The translations under genes were made by a program, and so were the position numbers. Shown piece by piece: positions 27,901 through 42,769 of a stretch of 64,000 bases of DNA. Origin of the DNA: Lama guanicoe (taxonomy: Eukaryota); contig MU054187.1 of the NCBI GenBank assembly GCA_013239625.1, positions 12,866,974 to 12,930,973 of the forward strand, in the 5' to 3' direction. The notes beneath the pieces are model-generated. The model saw only the letters and a list, made by a program, of their open reading frames with translations. It did not search any database and had not been told where the DNA came from. Position 1 is the stretch's first letter. Each line of letters begins with the position of its first letter.

Positions 27901-29273
27901 CACTCATTGTCTCGCCCTTCATTCCCTAAGTCACCCCCCTCCCTCCCCAACAGGCCTACTGTCCAGTGTGTTGCATCAAAGATACTCCATAAACCACAAC
28001 AGCAGATCAGACTCTTACTGCTTCTGTGTGCCGGGGCTCGTTCTATGCACCGAACAGGTAGTCATGGATGGAATCCTCACACTGACACTAGGAGGTGGGT
28101 ACCCTCATCATCCAATTTTACAGCTAAGAAACTGAGGCACAGAGGGGTCCTTTAAGAATAAACGAATTTGTGAATTCAACCTCTGGTACCCCTAGAACTG
28201 TAAGAGAACACATCACATAAATAGAGAGCTTTCAGTCCAGTTGGAACAGCTGAGTCATGATTATTCAACAATTTTCTAATTATAAGAATTATTAACTATA
28301 GAAAATAAAAATATAAAGAAAATTTAGTTTAGTTCATGATAGTGTTATCCCGCCCTCAGAGATAAATCCCTTTCTTATTATAGAAATTATGTTTCATAAC
28401 ATTTTTAATGTGGAAAATCTTTTACCTTCTTTTGGATGGATATACTTTTTATTTTTTCCAAACTTAAAACTGGACCTACACTGTGTATCATTTTATATCA
28501 TACCTCTTGAATTGTGTTTTGGCACTAAGGATTTTGAAAATACCACTTGAAAAAGGATAACATCAAAATTTAACATCTTGGGCAATTTCAATTATTTTCA
28601 GGACTGAATTTAGTCATTTACTTTTATAAAGTGAGTGTTTGCAAATTATTAAAATAGTAGTACTCACTGTAGACTATAACTTTAAAACATTTGGTAAAAA
28701 TTAAAGAGACATAGGAGAGCCTTCTGTGGACCAAATGTGGTGTTAACTGCTTAGGCTTCAAGTGGACAAGTCATGGTCCCTGCCCTCAAGGGGCTCCCTC
28801 GTGGGGGACGGAAAGTAGGCAGAAAGTTGTAACACAGTACGGTAGGTATTTCTGCCGGGAGGAAGCCTCCTCTTCCGCTACCGAACCCAGTCACCTGCCT
28901 GCATCTGTACGCGGAGCTTCTGCCTGCCTTCCTACTGACGCCCAACCCTGGAACCTGGCTTCTGGATCCCACCCTCTCTTGCCTGGCAAGGACTTCTCTG
29001 TTTCGGTTGCTCCCTCTCCACATACCACCCATCTCTCCACCTCTGGTCCCTGTGCAAACTCTCAGTCAGTCTTACCTGTTTTCATTTCGTCAACCCACAT
29101 CTGATCTATTAGCAGATTCTGTCCGTGCTTCTACCAAATTATACTGTAAATTCTGTGACTTCTCACCATGTTTGGAACTGCCGCAGCCTCAGCCCAAAGC
29201 AACCATCTCCTAATTGGTCTCATGGGTTTCACTTTTGCCTCATTCCTCATATGATTCCTCATATGATTCCTAC

Positions 29274-29281
29274 TGTGTGTA

Positions 29282-29314
<33 letters not shown>

Positions 29315-29410
29315 GTAATACCCTATATAATATAGGGTATTACAAGGTATTGAATATAGTTCCCTGTGCTATACAGTAGGACCTTGTTTACCTATTTTAT
29401 ATTACAGTAG
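29274..29410 (-). mobile_element. L1 3' UTR fragment with (TG)n(TA)n microsatellite
   Basis: tattacaaggtattgaatatagttccctgtgctatacagtaggaccttgtt is antisense to the same L1 tail family as 18820 and 52279. Confidence 0.7.
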
Positions 29411-29504
29411 TGAGACTGCATAGTTTTAAACTTGAAGTTACATAATGGTAGCTTTTAAAAATATATTTCCCTCCAATTTTTTAATATGCCATAATTTACA
29501 AAAA

Positions 29505-29917
29505 ATTAATAAACTTTATTTTTTAAAGATATATTAGGTTTACAGCAAAATTGGCCAGAAAATATAGAGATTTCCTACATACCCGCTGTTTCCATACATA
29601 TATAACCCCTTCTACTATCAACGTCTCACACCAGAGTGGTGCACTTGGTACAATCAGTGAAACGATACTGACACATTGTAGTTTATGTTAGGGTTCACTC
29701 TCAGTGTACTACGTTCTATGGGTTTGGACAAATGTACAGTGACATGCATCCACCACTGTAGTATCATACACAATAGTTTCACTGTCCTAAAAATCCTCTG
29801 TGTTCCACCTAATTCATCTGTCTCTATCCCTAAGCCCTGGCAGCCAGCAGATCCGCAGTTTTGCCTTTTCCAGAATGTCCAGTGGTTGGACTCACACAAT
29901 ATGTAGCCTTTCAGATT
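29505..29917 (-). mobile_element. L1MC-like 3' UTR fragment
   Basis: taggtttacagcaaaattg...caccagagtggt...gggtttggacaaatgtacagtgacatgcatccaccactgtagtatcatacacaatagtttcactgtcctaaaaatcctctgtg resembles the L1MC 3' end. Confidence 0.75.
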
Positions 29918-32900
29918 ATGGACCATAAACTTTAACATTAAAGCTACACTGTATCACATTAAAAACACTGTTCAGCCTATTTTGAAACTTGACATGGACC
30001 ATGACTATTTTCCCTACGTTTAATAAGCAGTCCTAAAACAATTTTCAGTGAGGATGTATCATGAATCTATTAATCTATTTTAGGACGTTTAAAATATTTC
30101 TCCATGTTAGAGATAAAAGACATCATGCAGGAGATAACAGCATGGGGTACGTGGCCTAGAAAGCACTGGCCCTGAGCTTGAACCTGCCGCTCAGTAGCGG
30201 TGTGGCCCTCTAAGCATCTCTTGGCTATTCCATAAAGTGGAGAGAACAGCACTCCCGTCACAGAAATGCCAGAGCACTAAGTGGAATAATGCGTGGAAAG
30301 CACTGAGGACAAGTTCAATAAATGTTTATTACTATTGTATCAGTTCTCTGCTTACAACTCCTTTCTTGGAATAGAAGCTAAAAGTGAAATTGCTGAGTAA
30401 TAGGATCAAAATACTAGGGTCCTGAATACGTGTCATCAAGCTACTTTTCTGAAAACTTGTACTAATTTATACCCTCCTCAGGAATGCACACAAGTGTCGT
30501 CTTACTACACAGTAGCCCGTATCACTGATTTTAAGTCTCCGCCAATTTGATGGGCAACAGGCTGAACACTTACTCTCTGACATTTCTGGGTACTAGAGGC
30601 GAAGACGCAACACGATTATTTCCTTGGCCTTTGACTCATCAAACCCCGGTCTACTGAGACCAGAGCCTTTGGTCTCAGACATTTTCTGCATAGAAAATAT
30701 GAAAACGAGGAGCTACAAAAAGTATGTGCTTTTAAAAATCAGAGCTGGGACAGGAGTCTCCATATCAAAGGCCCAAGAAAGGGCTGCATATTCACGTGGT
30801 AAAGCCTGACACCAAAGAATCCTCTGGTCTGTCCCGACTAACCGAGGCACTAAGATTGTGAAGGACAGAGTTGAAGGCAGCTTTTCACTTGATACTTCCC
30901 AGCCCTGACCCTGCGGCCTGAGAGCAGACTCCTGGAGGCCACCATGTTGGTAACACCAGTTAGGATGGTAACCATGACGCCAGTGAGATGACATTAACAC
31001 CAGACGGAAAGAGAAAATTCAATATAAGTGTGCGCCTTATTTTTCAATAGACTTATATCCATCTTGATGAAATATTTTCCTTTAAACATCCATCAGGAGA
31101 TCCAGCGGCAAGTTACATTGAAACATTATCATATTCAGAAGGCCTTTCCTCTGCTTGCAGATTACCTTTCAATAAAAATCCAACAGAAAGAGCTCTTTCC
31201 CCATTAAGTTAGAAAGAGGAAGACTTTACTAAAGAACCTGAAAAAAGCCTCCAATGTTGTACTGTGATTCATAAAAAAATAACTTCCATATAAGCACCAT
31301 TGGATTGCACATGGAGATCTTTTGATAAAATGATATGCAGGGAATAGCCAGACGTGGAAACAAGAAAGGCAGGAGTGCACCCAGGACCTCTAGTCTAAAC
31401 CCTCCTCTGGGGGTGTGGGTGGGGGTGAGGGTGAGGGTGTGGAATATTACTTCCTTTGATAATTGTGTCTTCCTGTCACACATCTCCCTTCACAAGTCAA
31501 ACAGTCACACATTTTTAACGGTTCAAAAAACCAAGCTTTCTCCTTTTTATTTATTTTTTCCGGAAGTGTCAACAGAATTACTTCAAACTGTGATTGCTTT
31601 TGTTAAAAACTGTCACCACGCGAGATGACAAATAGGACTTTTAAAACTAAAAATGGTTCACTTCTTTATGTCTTAGAGCACAAGTAGGATATTTCTAAAT
31701 TGCGAAAATCATATCCAAAATTTCCTAAATAATATCGTTAAAACCATTTTAAGCTTTAAGACTTTGAAGTTTAGTACTCTGATAACACAAGGGCTGTCCC
31801 TGGAAGCTCCTCATAGTGTATTTCATTATTCAGAATCTCTTTTAAGCCACAGCTGTGAACTAACCAAATTATACAGAGGGGCTGGCAAAAAGTTAAGATT
31901 TAAAAAAAAAAATGAGGCCAAATGTCAACAATTAGAGTTCAGAAATCACACTTCATGCTAACCAATAGGTTGTTAATCTCCTTGAAATTACATGTACTAT
32001 AGACCTTAAAATGCTAAAAACATGTAATTAAAATATATTAAAATATTTATGTCCCTTACCACAGAACATTGCTAATTGGAGTGTGAAATCAGGCATTACC
32101 ACATCATTTTTGCCTGATGAGATAATTTTGGTTTTCTAAAGAATACTACGCTCATACATTTATTTTCACCAGGAAACAACTTTACTTTTTATCGTGAAAG
32201 AAACTAACATTTGCTATGGCCAATCTGAGACTTGTTGAGTTACAAAAATATGAAATGAAAGATTTAAATAAGTCTACGAACCAATTTATTTTTAAAATAT
32301 TGTGCAAAATATAGAGCAAGTAAACCATTTCCAAAGACAGAGGCTAAGTGAACCTTTCATTTGTCCTTTTGCTGACACCTTAATATTATTCTCAAATAAA
32401 ATAGCTTAAAAATCAACTTTTGTATGGTTACAAGCTTAAATAATTTTCCGTGATTGATTTTTACATTTGGCTGAATTAGACCTTCATTCTCTTTTCTACT
32501 TTAGTTATAAGAAAGAGTCCTCATGCCAAGAATAGAATCTGATATCACAATATCTATGCAGATATCCCTAGTTGTTGTTTTAAATTTGGGCTTATGAAAA
32601 AACTGCATTCTCTACATATCTACACTAGAACTTTAATTATTTACTCTTATTTCAGATCTTCTCCCTTTATAGTCCAGTGTTGAATAAGTCAGTAAACAAA
32701 TAAAAATCTGGCTGTATCCCATCAAAACGGAGGCAGGCAGTTTTTCTCTCTACATTATACCAAGTTACTACTTTGCCCAAGTTCTCACTTTCCACCACAC
32801 AGTCCTGGCACTGTACAGAGAAGCTCTGGCACTTTAAGAAGGCAGAGTTTAAAAACAGTAGAAAATTACTACTAATTTTTTCTTGATGGGTGCTATTAAC

Positions 32901-34327
32901 ACTTATTAACATCAATAAGAGTAACCAGGTTGTACCCAAGACAAAATACCCGCCCAGTCTGTGTCACTGGAAACAAATGGAAACACGGGAAAGGAATTTT
33001 AACGTACCAGTGAAATACGAAATTTTTTGGTGCTGTTCTCTTATGAAATGAATCACAACCATAAATCAGAAACAGCTTTTCAAAGTAAGTATGATTATTA
33101 AGCTTTTCTAAAGGCAATTCTGAATTTGTCACTTATATGGACTAATTCTACCTTTAAAAATAGTAATGCCTTACATATAATCTCCTTAAAGAAAACAAGC
33201 ACTTGAAAATGCAGAACATTTTTGTATTTTACCCTAAGTGTAAAAATAAAATTTCACTAAGGAATGGGGAAAAAATGAAGCACATTTAAATAATTTTATT
33301 GCACTGGAAGTTGCCAATTCGTCTGCGAGTAGTTTCACTGCAGACGAAAAGAAATCAAAATACAGGACAGATGGAGAACAAACTGCGTTTCAGTTCCGCG
33401 ACACGCTGGCTTTTTTCAAATGATTTTAGCTCATCTATTAAGTAAGGTGCATTTTGCTTGATTTTGAAAAGGGAAACATCAGGAAATATTTAAAGGCCAA
33501 TTGCTGCCAATTAACTTTGATCAGTAAAAGTTCTAATTGAATCTTTCAGATTCTTCTCCTGTCTGAAATAACATACATTTATAAAATCTAGCAAAACAAC
33601 AACGTGATGATTAATGCCTGTTGGCAGCCCTTCCACCAGCTTGCTTAAGAGCAGGGTTTAAATAAACAGCTATCTCTATTGAGAAGAGAGTGGAATGTAG
33701 AAGTTATAAGTCAAGTTTTCTCATTATGGAGATATTAAAAAAAAAAAACTTCCTTCTAATCAAGATCAGCATGTTTGTCATTACCTGTAACACATTTAAC
33801 CAGCCATCTTACAAAAGTTTCCGCTCGAATGATAATGGACAAACAAGACCATCAGCAGTTTGACATAAGGCAACCGAAAAAGCAGACGCCTGACTGAAAC
33901 ACAACCAGTTGGGCCAACCAGACAGAAAAGCATCTGACCCAGTATCATAAGAGTCTAACATGGACAGCATAGCAAGGGTCACAAATTCTGGATTTCTACT
34001 GTCTTCTGAACACACTGCCTTCATTCCAAAGGTCAGGACTTGCTTGTGTTTTACCCTGGTGGATCCTAAGGGTAATCCATCTCAACAGTGATCATGTAAC
34101 TGAGAAATCTGTAGCTTCTGATAATCAACACGGTTTAACATTTAAGATTCTTGACATCAACTTTTAATCCTTATCAATGGTCATGTGGACCAGAACTTTA
34201 AAATGAAACAGCCATAGTAAAGCAAAACAGAAATTCCATGAAGGCAAAATACATGACCATATAATCTCATTATTTAAGTTATATATACTCAAAAAATTAT
34301 ACCCCATTGTCATTTTAAGACCAATCA

Positions 34328-34486
<159 letters not shown>

Positions 34487-35979
34487 TCAGGAACATGCGT
34501 ACTTCAGGTTACAGGAAGGAGGGTGTCACGCTGAGAGGGAGTTTGCATCAGGAAAGGCCAAAAGGGCTTGGGCTCTGGCTGCTTTTCGACTGTGTGGTGT
34601 ACTCTGGATGCAAACTTCAGTGACTTATTTAAAGAGTGCCCCTAATATTGTTGGTACTTTGCATAAAGAAGGAAAAACTCGCTGCTTAAAAAAAATTACA
34701 AAAATATAAAACCTAGGGTTACTTAAACAAAAAAGTAGAGAAAACTCATCTTCACGTCTGTTTCGGGAGCAAGAAATTCAGTGAATCGGGAAGACATTGT
34801 TTATGTTATGCCGCAATCCATCAAGCAATCTAAAAGCATTGCTACAAACATCAGAAAACAGACACAGAGCTGATTCATTTCAGAAGGGTGGTAAATACCA
34901 GTTTTACTCCAGATGATAACTATCATTACTGTTTATTTGCTCGGACTACCTGCCAATTTTGAACATACTCAAAATAGGAAATGCTGGCCACTCTGACCAG
35001 CTAGCTTGCTGTCCAGCTCGGGAAGGTGATCTTGACATCCTTGTGACACTATCCAGCCATCAAACAGCCAGTACAACACAGAGGGAGGGAGCAGCGTTCT
35101 GAGATGCACAGTGGTGTCTACCCAACGCTGTCTGTCCCACACATCATACCCTGATGATACCTGCTGGCCCCGAGACAGGGGATGTGGAGATACTGGCAAG
35201 GTGCTACTGTGTCATGGTGTTACTGTATTCATTATGAATTGAACGCAGGAAGCAACACTGTTCATGGTGAACATCCTGCATAATTAGTGAAGAAGAATTC
35301 TGGAGAGGATGTATTCAGGAATGTAATGTGAGTTTTTGAAGTTTTTATTGGCATTCTAATAGCAACATCAACTTCCACTTGTCTGGCATTTTAGATTTTT
35401 CCAAAGAACAATAATTTCTGATATTTTATTATCACAGCAAAACTTTGGACCCTACATGTATGTGTATCACCATTTACTTAGAGAAATTATGCCTTCACAT
35501 AGGTCACCCTTCTGGCTGGAGTGCACTCTGTGTATCACCAGTCTTTGAGTCTTACAGTGGAGAACATAAAACCCAGAGAAAATGAAAGAGTCTTGCTTTC
35601 TAACACTGTCCAACATAAACCTTGTACATTTTTTTTTCTATTGTCTTCATTCCAAAGGTCAGGACTTGCTTGTGTCTTACTCCCCACCCTCCACGTATCT
35701 AAAGTCCATCATGACCTTGAGTAATGACCTCAAGTCCCATCTTCTCATGGGCCGTGGGAAGTAGCAACAAGTGGTAGAAGGAGAGCCCTAAGCCCAGAGG
35801 CCAGGCCCTACCCTTGCTCTCCCACTTTGGTGTCTTTATTTTATTGAGCCTCAGTTTACTCATCTAATAAATCAGATAGCTAGATGGCAACTACGCTGCT
35901 CTCCTATAGGGGAAAAAAAAAATCTCCATGTCCTAATTGGATACAATCACATATGTTTATACACCTTTGAGAAAGCAGG

Positions 35980-36195
35980 GTTCTGGGATGGTGGATGGGG
36001 GTGGGGACTCGTGGGGTGCCAGCCACAGGCCAATCAGCTGTGGCCAGGGAGGCGGAGTCAACACCATCACTGCATCACCCATCCCACTCACTCCGCCCAC
36101 CCCACTAGCACCACCACCCCCTCAGCATCTAGCAGGAGTCCCTGAGAAGGACCAGAGGAGGGTTGGGGATGATATGGCAGGATAACAATGTGGCC
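35980..36195. mobile_element. Probable ERVL-MaLR (MLT1-type) LTR remnant
   Basis: ccaatcagctgtggccagggaggcggagtca resembles my recollection of old MLT1 LTR sequence. Confidence 0.4.
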
Positions 36196-37195
36196 TCAAT
36201 TCCCCTCTCACGGAAGCCTTCTCTGCCAGCCAAATGGCAGTAGAAAGGAGGCGGAATACACAGTATTGCCAAAAATCTGGGGTTAGACTGGTAAAGGGGC
36301 AAAAGCAAATACCCCAGGGTTTGTAAGTGTACAGGCAGGAAATAAAAACACAGGGTTAACTGAATGTCCAAGAACTGTGTGGGGAGGGACAAATGAAAAC
36401 ACGTCCCTCAAATTTCCTGTGCCTTGTTAAATCGTCCCTGCTTAATACCACCTAAAATCTATGAAATTCTGTAGGTTGTAGAAGAATTAAAAACAGTTTA
36501 GAAGTAAGTAAAGAAAAACTCCCATTGACTCTTTGTTTCATAGGAAACTGCTCACTCACAAGAATTCTAAGTATCAGTAAGCCTGCTGGAAAAAAAAAAT
36601 GCTCAAATACAGCCTAGAGGAGAATTAACCAGGAGGGGAAGTTCAAACAGCTGTTTCTAAAACAAAACACCTGACTCAGGTGTGCACTTCATCTAGTTGA
36701 GGCCAATAAAAATACACTGACTTGTCTCCTAACCATGTCAATGAATCTTTTTATGTGGCAAGGCAGTGAGATTCACCACGTTTATTTAGTTGGCAATTCT
36801 GTAATTTATGTGCCATGATATCGTTACTTTTGAAAAAGGATTATTTCCCCCTGATATGGTTGCTTACTTATGCCACCCTCAAAAGAATTACTCCATTGTT
36901 TTTTAATGTGTACCACACTCTAACTCTTCTTCATAAATTACAGTCATGACTTGTGAGTCGGAATAGTAATAAATTTTAAAAGCATGTTCAGTTTTGTGGT
37001 CAAATATAACACAGATGTTGGCCTTATTTACCTTCTAATGTTTTTCTCTTTTGCTAATAGCTGTCATTCCTTAATAGTTTTCATACCTGCCACTCCACGA
37101 CATTGTCAGGAAACACTGACTGAATCAAAAGAACAGTGTGATAGTTAACTGGGATGAGAGACTCTTAGAATTGGAAGAGGGATTCTAGTCAAGCG

Positions 37196-37437
37196 CAGTG
37201 TTGGTCAAACATCTTTAAACCACAATCCACGGTAAAAAATATATTTTACACCATGATCTAGCAACATTCCTCTCTCTCTTTCACACACACACAGACACAG
37301 ACACAAACACACACACAGAACTGAAATAGCTGAAACCTGAGTTTGGCAAAACAAGGCTTTGCACACTGTGTGGAGTGTATGCTGTCATTTTCCATTTCAT
37401 CACCCACTAATGTGTGTCTATAGTTTGAAAAGGAGGT
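37196..37437. mobile_element. hAT-Charlie-type non-autonomous DNA transposon remnant with (CA)n
   Basis: cagtgttggtcaaac...ccacggtaaaaaatatattttacac...cccactaatg...agtttgaaaa with degenerate terminal inverted repeats. Confidence 0.45.
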
Positions 37438-40400
37438 TCTAGAGAAGGCTGACTTTTGATTTCAGAGACAGGAAAACTGACTTGTAGCAATGCTGTGATT
37501 TGCTGGTGGTTAACAGCGGTCAGCGTGCAAAGCTATCTCACCCTACGTGTTTTACTAAAAGGAGACTTAGCCAGGATAGTAGGCAGACAACTGTGGTCAC
37601 AGATACAAGTCAGATGTTGCAGAAGCTAAAACTGAAGAGCTAATAAACTAGCCACAGCTTGATGGCTTCTTTTGGCATATTTAGACGGAGAAAGAAAAGA
37701 CATATTTTTTAGACCCAAAGTGAGACATTAAAATCACCATGTCTATGGCTTAATCTTACTCTTCTTGTGTTTTGCAGTAACAAATTCCAGAGCTGCAGCT
37801 GTGAAATGGTGGCTTTCAAAACACCATTTTTTTGCTATTATCACTTTTGAAAAATTATTCAGAACTTTGCCTCCACTTCAAAGAAACATTTCATTTTAAG
37901 TAAACCTTGTTGCCAAATGTTTCCATTCTTTTCTGAACTTGACTCCTCTGCGGTGTCTGCCACTGCTGTCTAATTTCTTCTTAACATTTCTCCTTCCCTG
38001 ATGTCTATAACACCATCAATCTTTTCTGGGCATCTTCCTAGAATCTGATCATCCATCACCTATCCCTTAAGTGATGTTGGTCGCTAGGACTGTTTTCATC
38101 CATTCCTATTCATACTGCCTCACAGACCACAACACACTCATGTCTTCATCCGCCACCCTACTCCCCTCTATTAAATCTTAGACCTCATTTGTAGGTCCAT
38201 ATATAATCACTACTTGTCAGTTGTACTTGATACCATGCAGAGCACCTGAAACTCAATGGGCAGCAATTTGGATTCATCATATTTCCCTGGAAACCTACTG
38301 TTTTCCTACGTCAGGAGAATGGTACCCTACTGGCCCCAAGTCTTGGCATTCTTCTAAAAAGCCTCTCTTTACTTCCATATCAACTCAATCACAATCTCCT
38401 GCCACTTGGATCTCCAATTCCATGCCTTCCTTACACTCACCATCATTTTCTTCCCCGCCCCATATTTTTTTTTGTAAGTATGTGCAGTAGCATAACTCAC
38501 TGGATCAGTCTCCCTCTGACATGAATACATAGAAGTCTCTGCAACTCACACGCCCACGTCCTGCATCCCCTGCACAGGGCTTCTCCCACTGACCTCCATC
38601 AGTCCAGAGTCTCCTCCCTGACTCCTCTCAGCCAGGCGTGGCAGCTGCTACGTGTCACACCTGTCTATGCTATTGCAGAGCCACACTCCTGTATCTTGAT
38701 CTCTCCATCCTTGAGACGGAGCACAATGCCTGGCGCAAGGGCTTTCCCAAAGTTTGGCGGAGGAGTAAATGAATGAAAGTAATAAACAATGGGTGCTTCA
38801 AATAATTCTAATGAAGAAAAACTATTAAATTTGATCTTTAGTTAGTTGTCAGTGATCTGTTGTCAGTAAAAAAAAAAAAAAAAAACCCAGACAATCAGCT
38901 TAAGGCAAAAATGGACATTTGATTCCTAAAGTCATTCTATCTCCATAAAATAGTATTAAACTTGTTCATTTGTAATTTGTACCTGATTAAAGAGCAGCCC
39001 ATTTTTAGAATAGCTGCTTACAAAGCCTTATCTATTTGATGCAGTGGCTAAGACTCGCATAAGATCAGCATACAATTATCTATTTTTTAAACTCGTCAGT
39101 GGTATGCATTACCACATCTTGCAAAATATATTCTTATGTGCTCTGCAGTTTAGTTCCCAGGTGAAAATTGAATAGTTCAGTGAAGAGTCTCAAATAGAGA
39201 GAATACAGTCATATAATTCTATTTTTGTCCTTGTTTAATACAAAAATTTACTAGAGTGTATATTTACTATATAGTGTAAATTTTCTATAGTTCTTATGCC
39301 AAAGAAATTCTGTTAGCTGTTTCTTTTACTAAAACAAGACAGACAGCATCCAACACCTCACACACGTGCGTGCACACACACACAGACAGGCATGAAATTT
39401 AACCCGGATCTTAAATTATTTTGATGCGATATTAAAGTGCAAAATTCTGCTGAAAGTCATGAAAATAAGGCGCAGGAACTCACTGCAATGCTGGACTACC
39501 CAGGGCTGTTTCACGTAAGTCAAAGATGGTTATGTTTATTGAAGAGAAAGCAACATTATATAGAAAAATTAACTATAAATGAAATCTGCTGAATGTGGAC
39601 CCAGGCCTAAAACAATTGTTTTGCTTTCAACCACTATCCAGGGATCTTTAATTACCCCATTGCCTCAAGATCTTTTACTCCTGTTTCTAGAACACAGAAC
39701 CGCCCACAGAGATTAAAGTTATCATCATCCTATATTCAAATTATCAGCATCATCCCTGGCCAGCAGTCATTCTTTTACTGTTTCTTGATTTTTTTTTCAG
39801 CCTGAGCACTGCACACTAAATCTTCTTGTGATGAAAATGCTTTAAAAAGAAGAAAGAAATTCGAGACAAAATTACTGCATAGAAATGTTGAAATGCCATT
39901 AAATTCATCCTCTAGGGAGACTCATGTCAGTCTTGAATTCACATGTTGAAATTCTATAATCAGATGTGAAGTAATGAAAGAAAAGGGTGCCTATAAATGC
40001 ATGAGGGTATTGAACATTGGAAAACTAGGATATGGTCTGTTGTTGCCCTGTTTTGTTTTACAGATGAGCTAGGGCATTTGATAAACTTTAAGGGCCATTG
40101 CAAATGCGCTTTTCAGTAAGCACAATTCATAGCGATTCAGAAATTTGATCTCACCAAGACTCAACCACCAGAGGAAGACATTGTTGTCACTGCAGGGCTG
40201 TGCCACAGATTCCACACTTCCATCTAAGAATTCTCTTAGGATGACAAATAATGAAACTCCTTGTGATCTGAGCTTACAAGGATGCCATCCAGCGCAACTC
40301 TTGACTGAACTAGATCTAACACTAATCCTAACACAAGGCATTAGCAGGGGTTCTCTTTTGCTACATGTCACAGAAATGGAAGGAGTTTATTCTAAGATAA

Positions 40401-42769
40401 TTGTGCTCCTAGCCTGCAGGCATGCACGGTAGAAGGACACCGGAAGTGCACAAGTTCATGGTGGTCATTCTGCAGGCTTTGCAGTCAGAGTCTAGATTGG
40501 AATTCTAACTTTGTTATTTACTAGATGGGTGATGGGCAGGTTCAGTTACTTAACTCCTGGGCTTCATTAGTAAAATAGGAATAAAACAGGTTTATTTGAG
40601 AGATTAAATTGGTCATATATTTAAAATTCCGAACATAGCCCAGTGCCTGGCAAGTATTAAGCTGCTCTGCTACCGCTGCCGGTGGTGGTGGTGGTGTTTC
40701 CACTATCACTAAACTACAACAATAGCTGCGGGGCACCATGTCCCCACTACAAAAAGATGCACTGACATTCTGCATTCAAACTGGATGCGAAGTTCATGAT
40801 TTTTAAAGATAGGGGCAACCCTAAATTCCTCATGCCAATATTTTTCAGGTGACCGTGTTTTTAAGAGCCCAGTCATCAGCAAAGCTGATTTGTGTGTGAT
40901 GTTAAACAGGGAACATGCAGTGTGACCACTCCCAGGAGGAGTGCCATCGGTTCTCCCAAAAGATGCCAACCAAGCTTCTTATCACTAAGAGAGATGATCC
41001 AGCTCTAGGAAGCCAGCAGTAGTGTTGCCCTATACTCTGAAGATCTCGGAACTGAGGGGGAGGTGGTGGCATTTAGATAGGACCCAGGTACTGCATCAAT
41101 TCAGTAGAAAACTTGAAGTATTCTAAAAAAAAATTAATTGCTTGCATCGCCAATCAGTGTGACCTCCTTGGGTTGGACATAGATGCCTGTTAGTTTATTC
41201 CCTTTAATCATTAAAGGGTCAGATCTTGTGACAGGTACTTAAGCACAGCCCAAATCCATTGTTTAACAGTTAATTTACGAATAACTTAGGAGAACAGGTC
41301 TTGGCAAAATCTTGACACCACCCAGGTTTATCAACAAAGGGCTAGTAGTGATTAATGGCAATAAACAGTAATGAGATACATTCCAAATCTAGTACTTTCA
41401 ATATAAAGATCCCGAAAAATTTCAGTGCTCCCAAAATGATGCTACACTTTAGCATTTGATGAGTATCATAATTTGGCGAGGTCTTGTTTGTGGTGGGGTC
41501 AAAGGATAAATCTGTGGGAGTACTTTAAGGATATCAACTTCAGCTACTGTAACAAGAAAGGAAAGTGAGGTCTTCTAGGATTAGTTCTTTCACTAATAGC
41601 AACCCTGACTGAGTCGTGTGAGTGTTACCAGGGAAAGGTATTCAGTTCCTCAGCTCCCTGATGTGAGCACAGCATTCTGTCCCTCATGTAAATAATTGAT
41701 GACTTCCAAGTCAAGGTTACTTTGTATATACATTGTACACAAAGCTCTGTTAACTATTATTCTTGCAATGAGGTTTACAAGGAAATTACCTACAGAGAAA
41801 ATGCCTAAGGCCAGACCCCAGCCTCAAGGTGTAGGTTGGAGTTACCTTTAAAGTTAGCCGCCAAGCAGCAGGCTCACCTATCAATTAACCACATTAGTTC
41901 ACTAACTCAAAACTCTGGCTGATAAAAACTGACATTCACTATGCTGCTCAGAAGATAATAAAGTAATGTGGCACCTGCCTGAGCCACTGAAGGTCTACTA
42001 GTGGTGACCCGGAAGCCTTAATCAAGGATCTGAACTAGTACTGAATATATTCAAGGAGAGGAGATAGTTAAGAAAATCTCCAAATTCAGAAAGTGCTTTA
42101 GTTTCGTCTCAAAACTTTGTCCCACTGAAAGTAGCTATGGGATAGTTATTTGCAGCACGAACTGTCAATCCTTTTATTTCTCATGTAGATACACATATAC
42201 TTGGTTCTGTAGTTCTTGGGGGGTTTAAAAAAATCCTTAAACTCTCGAGTTTTCTCCTTCTTAATCAACTAACTTTGAGTCAAGAAGAAAGAATTTACAG
42301 GATAAGTAAGAATATCCTGTGGATTGGTAAAGGAGACTGTCCAGCCAGAAAGCCGAAGTTTCAAAAAGAGAGCAACTGGACAGCAGGCATCTCTTACTGG
42401 AAGGATATATCCCACCTATGAAGTCTTGACTGAAATGAACAAATAAACCATCAAACCTGAATCTAATTAAGCTTCTCCATCTAGCTACTACTAATTCATA
42501 AGAAATACAGGAGGCAAAAGAGTATGTGACAAAGGAACAGAGTGAAAATTGAACAGAAAGGAAACCCAGACTCCCAGGAACTCTGCAGGATGAATAATCT
42601 GATTATTTCAACAGAAATACTCAAAGTTAAGAAAAATAGACTGAGTGAGAACACACAGATTAAAAGACATAAGATACATATAAACATATAAACATATAAA
42701 AATAAAACTGCAAAAAAAAAACTTATAGAACCACTGGAGAAAAATACTTTACAAAATGGGAACAGAATA

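Noticed and set aside
39243..39284. Imperfect AT-rich palindrome AAAATTTAC...GTAAATTTT
   Set aside because: Short and low complexity; expected by chance.
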